Source: Octopus sinensis (lineage: Eukaryota). Taken from it: DNA of 64,000 bases. The notes below the pieces were generated by a model. It was not told the origin of the DNA. It ran no database searches and saw only the letters and a list, made by a program, of their open reading frames with translations. Made by a program: the position numbers and the translations under genes. This document shows, piece after piece, positions 54,202 to 64,000 of the stretch (position 1 is its first letter; every line of letters starts with the position of its first letter). The DNA lies in the NCBI RefSeq assembly GCF_006345805.1, contig NC_043018.1:21762001-21826000 (forward strand), in the 5' to 3' direction.

Positions 54202-54930
54202 CCTTCAGTGCTCAGATTACTCTGCCAAATCCAATGCTTATGCATTCGCATTGTTTTGAATTAATCATGCATTATCTCTTAGTCTTTGGGATTTCAATGG
54301 TGTGGCTGTTTATTTTTAGAATTACATTGTAGGGTAGGTTTGAGGGGCCAGATCTGGGCAATCTATATATATAAAACTGTAGTTGTGTGAGTGTCTGTCC
54401 CCTTCGATTTAGATTCCTAACTCCTCCCACATTTTGCGGTGCAGTTTAACCAAATTCGGGTATCTTATAGTCGTGATTAATATCGAGCCCGTCTGGCTAT
54501 TAGCGCGCGTCAACGATGAGTCTACGATTTTAAAAATAATTTAACATCATTTTTTATTCCATTTTAATGCATAATTTTTCCTGTGTCGATGGCGGCGGAG
54601 TTGGCGTCCACGCTCAAACACCTGCACCTGTGTTTGCTTCTCCCCCTTCTTCCCTCCCTCGTGAAGCTGTGGGGAAGGGAGTTTAAGGAAATCAACGTCG
54701 TAATGCGTTGTCAAGGAGACCAGCGTTCTTTTAGAACAACGACTTCATGGCTTGAAGACACCAAAACAGAAATGGCTAAGAAAGCCCGAATTGGCATCTA
54801 TAAGGGAAGTAACTCTCTAAAAATGCTTATATAGTTATTTCCCTTACAAACCCGAGCAACGCCGGGCGATACTGCTAGTTTGAATATAAAACAAGCCGAA
54901 TATTTGGGCTGGTTTAAATGCAAAAGGGCT
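54202..54930 (+). mobile_element. piggyBac-like MITE P1 split by a Helitron
   Basis: Left half ends gatctgggcaa, right half starts tttgaatataaaac; an uninterrupted junction is present at ~56355-56378. Confidence 0.8.
54362..54878 (+). mobile_element. Non-autonomous Helitron (second copy)
   Basis: A|TC...CCCGAGCAACGCCGGG...CTAG|T with no TSD. Confidence 0.88.
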
Positions 54931-56204
54931 AAAACACTAATTAAGCAATGGAGCCAGTGTCACCAACTGTTATGTTCCCTCCCACTGAAATTTCTGTCCT
55001 TGTGCTTGAAAACGATACCAAGTCGTGGGCAAGATGAGCTGTGACCTTGATCTTCTCAGGCCCTGCAGCTAAGCTGGGGACTGGTGCTGCTGATATCCAA
55101 CACATACACAAAAAATAAAAAAACATGGGCATATTTTGAACAGCAGAGGTGGCACAAATGGACTGAAGAATCCACAGGAAGTTATCTTTTAAAATATGAA
55201 CAAAACATAACTACTATTCTTCTTCCTTGTTGCCGTGTCCACCACTCCAGTTAGGGCTAATACAAATGGTCAAGATAACTTTGGTGGCCATGACTGGACA
55301 CTGGTTCAACTAGTAGGCTGTTGTGAGTGAAAGTAATGCAAATCATCAAACTAGCCAGATCAATTACTGAGTCTAGTAAAGTGCTCAGATGATTGAACTA
55401 TATGAGAAATCCAATCTCTATCTTCATGTAAAAGCACCAACCGATCGTGGCTGTTTGCCAGCCTCCTCTGGCCCCTGTGCCGGTGGCACATAAAAAGCAC
55501 CCTCTACACTCACAGTGTGGCTGGCATTAGGAAGGGCATCCAGCTGTAGAAACACTACCAGATCAGACTGGAGCCTGGTGCAGCCTCCTGGCTTCCCAGA
55601 CCCCGGTTGAACAGTCCAACCCAGGCTAGCATGGAGAACGGACGTTAAATGATGATGATGATGATGATGATATATACATATATATATATGACGGTCTTCT
55701 TTCAGTTTCCATGTACCAAATCCACTCACAAGGCTTTGGCTGGCCCGAGGCTATAGTAGAAGACACTTACCGAAGGTGCCACTCAGTGGACTGAACTCGG
55801 AACCATGTAGTTGGTAAGCAAGCTACTTACCACACAGCCCTTCAAACATTGTTGATTGTATCTGATATGGTGCTTTCTTCTCCTCACCTCATTGATTTTT
55901 TTTTCAAATAAATCATTGGATAAACCAAAGTTCTATGAAAAGACTTCGTTGGCTGAAATACACCAGTTTATTTTAATGATGTGAAATTGCGATCATAGAT
56001 CCAACGAATAATCTATGTTAATGCAAGCTTTAATTCTAAATTTGATTGCAATTTCATCATTATCAGTAATTAAAGAGTATGAAAATAAAAGATTATTATT
56101 CATAATTAATTAAACACTTATTTGAATGTTAGTATCGGAACATTCTAATCATTAATAACTGAGGCACGAGGTGACATATTTTAGGTACAGGAACAGTCCT
56201 TTAA

Positions 56205-56424
56205 CCCTTTGGTGTTCAAATTTCTCTATTAAATGTAATACTTTTTCACTTAAATTGTTTTGAATTAATCATGCATTGTGTTATAGTTTTGAGGTTTCAA
56301 TGATGTGATTGTTTATTTTTAGAATGTCACTGTAGGTTAGGTGTGAGAGGCTAGATATGGCCAATTTGAATATAAAACATTTAGAATGTTTGGGCCGGAT
56401 ATGGCCAGTTTAAACACTAAAGGG
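56205..56424 (+). mobile_element. piggyBac-like MITE P1
   Basis: TTAA|CCCTTT...CTAAAGGG|TTAA. Confidence 0.82.
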
Positions 56425-56777
56425 TTAAATCAACACCATTATAATACTGGTATTTGTTTAACTGGACTCAGAGAGAAACATAAAATAGACATAATTGGAT
56501 ACCAAAAATTATTCCATAAATCTCTCAAACAATTTCTGTCACCGACCACCCTCTTCATCTATCTTTCTTGTCACTTCCTAAGACCCTTGTTATCTATTGA
56601 TCTCTCTACATATACCTTCTACTATCCTCCAATTCCAATTTTTCTACCAACTTCTACTTTCTATTACCTTTGCATTTCCACCATTAACTACTCCTCTATT
56701 AGTTACTTAATGGAAATGCGAAATAGATTTGTGGAAGAAAAAAAGTTTCTCAGTCAGATACAATCAACAATGTTTGA

Positions 56778-57640
56778 AGGGTTGTGTGGTAAGTAGCTTG
56801 CTTACCAACCACATGGTTCCAGGTTCAGTCCCACTGAGTGGCACCTTGGGCAAGTGTCTTCTACTATAGCCTCGGGCCAACCAAAGCCTTGTGAGTGGAT
56901 TTGGTAGATGGAAATTGAAAGAAGCCCATCATATATATGTATATATCATCATCATCGTTTAACGTCAGTTTTCCATGCTAGCATGGGTTGGATGGTTCGA
57001 CTGGGAAGCCAGAAGGCTGCACCAGGCTCCAGTATGATCTGGTAGCGTTTCTACAGCTGGATGCCTTTCCTAACGCCAACCACTACGTGAGTGTAGTGGG
57101 TGCTGTGCCACCAGCACAGGGGCCAGAGGAGGCTGGCAAACGGCCATGATCGGTTGGTGCTTTTATGTGTCACCAACATGGACGCCAGTCAGGCGGCGCT
57201 AGCATCTGCCACGTTCGGACAGTGCTTTTTACGTGTCACTGGCATGGTTAACTTAACTACAATTTCCATTTGATTTTCATTTTGATGTTAGTGTTGACGC
57301 ACTTGACTCAATAGATCTCCTCAAGAACAGCAGGTCACTCTACGATCCAAGGTTAGCACAGCATATCTCAGAGGTCTCGGTCTTCGTCATTTCCTCTGTG
57401 AGGCCCTACGTGCCACCGGCACAACAATATCCACACGATTTTTATTTGATGTTGATGAACTTGACACAATAGGTCTCCTCAAGCACAACAGGCCGTCCTG
57501 CAAGCCATGAATTCGGCAAAAGAGACCGATACAATAAGTACTAGGCTTACAAATAATAAGTCCTGGGGTCGATTTGCTCGACTAAAGGCGGTGCTCCAGC
57601 ATGGTCACAGTCAAATGACTGAAACAAGTAAAAGAGTAAA
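56778..57640. mobile_element. Family A SINE (+) split by a long family C element (-)
   Basis: Family A head at 56778-56930, (CAT)n-led family C at 56945-57500, family A tail at 57510-57640. Confidence 0.7.
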
Positions 57641-57987
57641 TGTCTGTGTTTTACTGATGAGGCAATAAGGCTGGATCCTATGCAAAATTGTCTCCCATAC
57701 ATGCTCAAATTATTAAAACAACATAAGTCATTTACTAATACTTTGTTTTGTTTTGCTTTTTAACCCTCACAATATAATTATTTTTAACTAGCATTTTAAC
57801 ATTCCTTTTCCTCTCTCCTATGAATAAGAAAAATGTTTCTCAACCAGGGTCGATATAAGATTTTGTTGTTTAAATTTATGTGCAACACACTGGTTATACT
57901 CCTACAATACACAAAATATTTTATGTCATTTTTTTAATACAATTCCTGACAAAACTTGATTATAAAAATATAACAGGACTTCTTTAA

Positions 57988-58448
57988 CCTTTTCGCTACT
58001 GCATTTATTTTGAGATGCTCTGTGTTTCTTTCAATTACTTTAAATATAACAAAGAATGTAGTAAAATAACTTAGTTATCATGAAGCTAGTGTTAGGAACA
58101 TAAATTGTGACTAAGGTTTGGTGGAAGATTTTAATTCAAAACTTATGAAAACAAGACATTTGTACTCAGAGCCAGAGGCAGTTTCAGCTGGGTTGGTACC
58201 AAAAGGGTTAAGAATTGTTTCTCTATTATATATTTTAACCCTTTTGTTACCATATTGCTGCTGAGATGCTCTGTGTTTCTTTCAATTACTTTAAATATAA
58301 CAAAGAATTTAGTAAAATAACTTAGTTATCATTAAGCTAGTGTTAGGAACATAAATTGTGACTAAGGTTTGGTGGAAGATTTTAATTCAAACCTTATGAA
58401 AACAAGACATTTGTACTCAGAGCCAGAGCCGGGTTGGTAACGAAAGGG
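57988..58448 (+). mobile_element. Dimeric piggyBac-like MITE (P2 x2)
   Basis: Two TTAA-bounded monomers (57988-58207, 58239-58448) with a short spacer starting gaattgttt. Confidence 0.82.
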
Positions 58449-58589
58449 TTAAATATCAAATGGCTATGGAGGTCCACCTGAAGGAAATCAAAGGAGTCCG
58501 TCAGTAAAAAAAATCACTAGGAACCAAATGAATTAGACTAACAATTTGCCTACAAAGGACATATTTCTCTGGTGCTCATGCACTGTATC

Positions 58590-59040
58590 ATCATCATCAT
58601 CGTTTAACGTCCGTTCTCCATGCTAGCATGGGTTAGACGGTTCGACCGGGGATCTGGGAAGCCAGAAGGCTGCACCAGGCTCCGGTCTTATCTGGCAATG
58701 TTTCTACAGCTGGATGCCCTTCCTAAAGCCAACCACTCCGTGAGTGTAGTGGGTGCTTTTTACGTGCCACCGACACAGGTGCCAGGTGAGGCTGGTATCG
58801 GCCACGGTTGGATTGGTGCATTTTATGTGCCACCTGCACAGAAGCCAGTCGAGGCGGCACTGGCTTTGGCCACGATTCAGATGGTGCTTTTTACGTGCCA
58901 CCGACACGGAAGCCAGTTGAGGCGGCGCTGGCATCGGCCACGATTCGGATAGTGCTTTTTACGCATCTCCAGTCCAGGGGTCCTGGCATCTGCTAGGTGC
59001 CAGTCATAAGATTGGTTCAATTTCGATTTCGATACACATT
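58590..59040 (-). mobile_element. Family C element with several internal modules
   Basis: (CAT)n tail reversed; 3-4 modules of the form gtgccacc...ggcatcggccacg. Confidence 0.8.
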
Positions 59041-59767
59041 CCAAATTTGTGTTTTCAACCAGAGTAATTTGGGAATTCTGAAAGGACAGTTTTATATTAC
59101 TCAAACCAAATTAAATAAGGGCGAACTAAATGTCAGAAAACAAAGCTGGACATCTGGGACAAGCTTAAGAAAATACTTTGGACAGGCAAAGAGTTAACAC
59201 TATCTTAAGCAATAAATTGTTGATTTGAAAATATTCAGAAAATAAGTCTTCGGGAACGTAATCAGGAAATTCTGATTATGGTAAATTTAGAAGTTGATGG
59301 CTGCTGATTTATCTTTCTAGAAGGTTCCAGAAAACTGAAACTTTTATTTTCAATAATAATAATTTTTTTTTTTTTTTAAAGAAAGGCTTCCAACTATATT
59401 ATGTTTTCAAGTTTGGCTCTGATCTAACAGGAATTTCAAGCAAGAGAAATTAGATAAGAGTTACTGTTAAGATCAAAGTAGCTGACAAGGATTTTTTTTA
59501 TTTTTAAACAATAACCTTATAAAAAAAAAAGTAAAAAGAGATTTAAAAAAAATTTCCCTACATATTTCAAAAATGATGGTTTCTAATAAGATGCTTTCTC
59601 CATCTTGTGAGGAAGGAATAATCAACAAGCTGGTAGCTGTGTTTCTCTGAGAAGAAGAAGAACAACAACAAAATAGCATGAAAGAGGTCAGCTTCATTGA
59701 TCAACATTCCATATTACTTCACACAGCATGTGATTGGTAATATGTCTAGAGGTTGATTGATGGCTGC

Positions 59768-59806
<39 letters not shown>

Positions 59807-60461
59807 ATGTAAGCTGGTGTAGAGAGCCCCCCCCATTCCCCTCCCCCTTGCCACACACATACCTTACAGTTTCAAGCAGAACTGATGGGAAAGCTAGCTT
59901 TGTAAATAAGGTGTATTGTTTGAACCAAGTCTGATGGAAGTTTGAGTTGCAAATAGAGGGTAGAACTGAAGCAGAACTGATGCAAGCAAATATATAGAAG
60001 AGATAGGTTAGATGCATGCATGCATATATAAATGCATACATACATACATCCTTATATATATATGCGTATGTATGCGAGTGTAGTTTTGTCTATCTAAAAA
60101 TACAGAATGGGTAGATTAGAGTGGAGAGCAGAAAAGATGGATGGGATCAGCCACCCTAACAGGTAGGGGGTTAGAAGTAGCTTACCACTGTTTCTGGTCA
60201 TTGTTTAAACCTAGGTCAACTCTGATTCAGCAGACCTATAATCAAAAGCTTTCCACCCATGACTAACCTATTTTATCTTATCCTATTTTCTAGACACCTA
60301 GGGCTGCAATATCTGAAGCGTTCTTTCTTTTCCAAGCCAGTAAGGTGTAATTTGAGGGAGATTTAGCTGCTATGTTTAACAGGCTGATCAGTCATATAGA
60401 AGTTTCCTCTTGTTGACTTGGTCTGTTATTCAGGTGAGCACAGCTGCATCGAAACAGAACG

Positions 60462-60496
<35 letters not shown>

Positions 60497-60697
60497 GTGT
60501 TGTGTGTTTGTGTGTGTGTGTTTGTGTGTGTGACATTAACAGGAGTGGAAAAGCATTCATTATACATCAACACACCTTTCCACGTATCGTTGGACATGTG
60601 AAGACATGTGAAATATCAAAAAAAGTTAGGAGCTTCTTTTCTTTATTCATGAATGTAATCTGTAAACACATTGGTCTTTGGAGTGCAAAAAAACACA

Positions 60698-60743
<46 letters not shown>

Positions 60744-61271
60744 CACCTACACATTCACAGATACACACAACTCTCAATTCATTGTTTGTCAATTATCCAA
60801 TGCTAATCTATAACGATAAGAGGTGGAAAGTTGTGAACACAGAAACTGCATGTAAGGATGGTGTCCGGGCTGATATAACTGGATACAACTTGGAATCAGA
60901 CATAATGTGAAACAGAGAAATCTGAGTCGGGATGGAGACACGGTGTGTATGGAAGATGACATCATCATCAATGTAGTGTCCACTTTTCCATGCATGGGTT
61001 GGACAGAGTTTATAGAGGCAGATTATCTACAGCTGGATGCCCTTCCTGTCACCCACTGTTGCTTGTTTCCAAACAAGGTTATATTTTCCCATGGCCAGAC
61101 AGGTTCTTGCAGTATATTGGAAATGAATGGCAGCACTTCTATGACAGTGACAATCATTTTAAAACCATCATGCGATATTAAGTCATGGAGAAAACACACA
61201 CACACATACAGACACACAATGGCTTTCTTTCAGTTTCTGTCAACCAGATCCATTCATGACGAACAAGTCAA

Positions 61272-61712
61272 AAAATGTAACAAACACCATTCGATCGTGG
61301 CCGTTCGCCAGCCTCGTCTGGCACCTGTGTCGGTGGCACATAAAAAACACCATCCGAGTGTGGCCGTCTGCCAGCCTCGTCTGGCACCTGTGTCGGTGGC
61401 ACATAAAAAACACCATCCGAGCGTGGCCGTCTGCCAGCCTCGTCTGGCACCTGTGTCGGTGGCACATAAAAAACACCATCCGAGCGTGGCCGTTCGCCAG
61501 CCTCGTCTGGCACCTGTGTTGGTGGCACATAAAATCACCCACTACACTCTCGGAGTGGTTGGCGTTAGGAAGGGCATCCAGCTGTAGAAACACTGCCAGA
61601 TCTGACTGGCCTGGTGCAGCCTTCGGGCTCCCCAGACCCCAGTTGAACCGTCCAACCCATGCTAGCATGGAAAGCGGACGTTAAACGATGATGATGATGA
61701 TGATGATGATGA
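61272..61712 (+). mobile_element. Family C element with four near-identical ~64-bp modules
   Basis: (aacaccatccgagcgtggccgt..gccagcctcgtctggcacctgtgtcggtggcacataaaa) x4, then the core and a (GAT)n tail. Confidence 0.85.
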
Positions 61713-62055
61713 TAAAGTGCCAAATGACCCAAGTGAAATAAAGAAACAGAGGAGGACATAGGAAGAAGTGGTGAGAAATTGATCTCAGAATACCGAACTT
61801 CAGAAAGGAAACGACAAAGGAATGACAGCAAGTGGTGTGATACTGTGCAGGAGAAGACCTGTCAAAACATATACAAGAAATAGAACAAATCAACAAAAGA
61901 TGATGATGATGATGACGATGATAAATCAATCATGTATTTGATATCCTGGTTAATAATCAGCAAATCTATACAGACTGGATATTTATATAATTGCCTCTCT
62001 CTTTCTCTCTCTCTCTCAGCTTATTCTCTTCCTCCATCTGCAATTTGATATTTAA

Positions 62056-62548
62056 CCCTTTCGTTACCAACCCAGCCAAAGATGGATGGGATCAGCCACC
62101 CTAACAGGTAGGGGTTAGAAGTAGCTTAGCACTGTTTTTGGTCATTGTTTAAACCTAGGTCAACTCTGATTCAGCAAACCTATAATCAAAAGCTTTCCAC
62201 CCATGACTATCCTATTTTATCTTATCCTATTTTCTAGACACCTAGGACTGCAATATCTGAAGCGTTCTTTCTTTTCCAAGCCAGTAAGGTGTAATTTGAG
62301 GGAGATTTAGCTGCTATGTTTAACAGGCTGATCAGTCATATAGAAGTTTCCTCTTGTAGTACAAAGGCTCTGTAGTACAAATATCTTGTTTTCATAAGTT
62401 TTGAATTAAAATCTTCCACCAAACCTTAGTCACAATTTATGTTCCTAACACTAGCTTAATGATAAGTAAGTTATTTTGCTAGATTCTTTGTTATATTTAA
62501 AATAATTGAAACACAAAGCATCTCAAAATAAATAGAGTAACTAAAGGG
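62056..62548 (-). mobile_element. piggyBac-like MITE P2 carrying a ~280-bp insert (62078-62357) copied from 60133-60413
   Basis: TTAA|CCCTTT...AAAGGG|TTAA termini; the insert matches the upstream segment apart from a handful of differences. Confidence 0.85.
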
Positions 62549-62635
62549 TTAATAGGAGACTCTGTCTTAAAAGTTGCAATAGGTTGGATGTGAAAATTTT
62601 TCATTTATTTCCCTGAAAGAGTTAGTAAAATATTC

Positions 62636-62968
62636 ACAGGCATAGCTGTGAAGTAAGAAGATCGGTCCTCAACCGCATGGCTACGAGTTCAGTTCTACTG
62701 CATGGCACCTTGAGCAAGTGTCTTCTACCACAGCCCCAGGGCAACCACAGCCTTGGGAGTGAAATTGGTAAATGGAAACTGAAAGATGCTCGCTGTGTGT
62801 GTGTTTGTCTCCCACCACCACATGACAACCGGTGTTGGTTTGCTTACATCCCTGTAATTTTGCAGTTTGGCAAAAGAGACCAAAAATAAGTGCTGGGATC
62901 AATCTGTTCAACTAAATCCTTCAAGGCAGTGCCCCAGCATGGTCGCAGTCCAATGACTGAAACAAAAA
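62636..62968 (+). mobile_element. Diverged family A SINE
   Basis: Head ...gagttcagttctactgcatggcaccttgagcaag and tail ccagcatggtcgcagtccaatgactgaaac. Confidence 0.72.
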
Positions 62969-64000
62969 TTAGGGCACTCCATTGATGGTTTTAGTTCTCT
63001 TGAATTTACCACTCCAACACACTACACTTAAGTCAATGACAGAACCTCTAAGAGGTCACTCACCCTGCTAAGAATAGAAGCAAAATCACCCCAAAACTCA
63101 CACCTTATTTATTGTCTGAAATAAAAAGGATCATGTGATCCTAGACATATCTGAATAAAAGATGAGATGGTCACAGCTGGAACATCTTTTATCATAGATT
63201 TACTGGATCAGGGCTGACCTGGGGCCACACAACATTATCAAAAATTATAAGGTGAGATAATCCCCACCCAGCAAGGCATCTCTTTGATTATTAGGTAAAT
63301 AATTATGTCTGAATAAAAGATGGGAACGGCCATGACTGAGACGCATTATATCATAGATCTAATGGATCGGGGGCTGACCTGGGGCTAAACAAGTCCATTA
63401 CAATACAGTGATAACAAAAGAATGAAGAAATTTGAAAAAAAAAACCTAACAAACAAACAAACACCCTGACAAAATTAACAGTTAGCCAGTCTGTTTACCG
63501 GAGGACAGTGTGAGGTTGGCATAACGAACAAAAGATTGTATGACGGCATAAATGCGGAGAATCTCTTTCAAAAACCTGGCGGCATTTTCATTGAAAAAGA
63601 AGGTGTATATTCTAGTGAATGTATCTCAGTGAATTTTTCACTGATCAGGCTTGTTCTTTTATGCTGGGAATATACATTTCTGGAATTGGGCTAGTGAATT
63701 CAAGATGGAAGTGATACAAAGTAGTTTGACAAACAGACAGACATCATACTTACAAATGTAACATACAAAAAAAAAAAATCAAAGATACACACACACACAC
63801 ACACATATACACAAACACATATATACACACATAAATATACAAACATATACATATATATATATATACACACATATATATATATATATACACATACACACAC
63901 TAACACACACACATACATACAAACATATACATATATATATATACACTAACACACACACATACATATACAAACATATATATATATATATATATATAATATA

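Overview
This is AT-rich, microsatellite- and repeat-dense metazoan genomic DNA. The SINE and MITE families look like those of Octopus (coleoid cephalopod), recognised by eye and not by database search. Only one coding feature is well supported: a 686-nt minus-strand internal exon (6249-6934) of an inhibitor-of-apoptosis (IAP/BIRC) gene. It encodes the C-terminal half of a Zn-binding BIR domain plus a long S/Q/P/G-rich linker; I could not find its neighbouring exons in the window. Almost all other ORFs in the track are microsatellite or transposon read-throughs. The rest of the window is a transposon landscape: tRNA-head SINEs of at least two families, a modular (GAT)n-tailed non-autonomous retroelement, RTE and CR1 LINE 3' fragments, piggyBac-like TTAA MITEs, hAT MITEs with perfect 8-bp TSDs, mariner relics, two non-autonomous Helitrons, minisatellites and (TA)n-bounded tandem duplications (some possibly assembly artefacts). 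I found no clearly new biological system. The most interesting leads are a compound dimeric MITE present at two loci, a MITE that captured 280 bp of neighbouring DNA, a near-perfect SINE foldback hairpin, inverted SINE pairs bracketing the BIR exon, and a repeated GQxxFSxS motif in the IAP linker. Repeat coordinates are approximate unless TSDs or termini are quoted.
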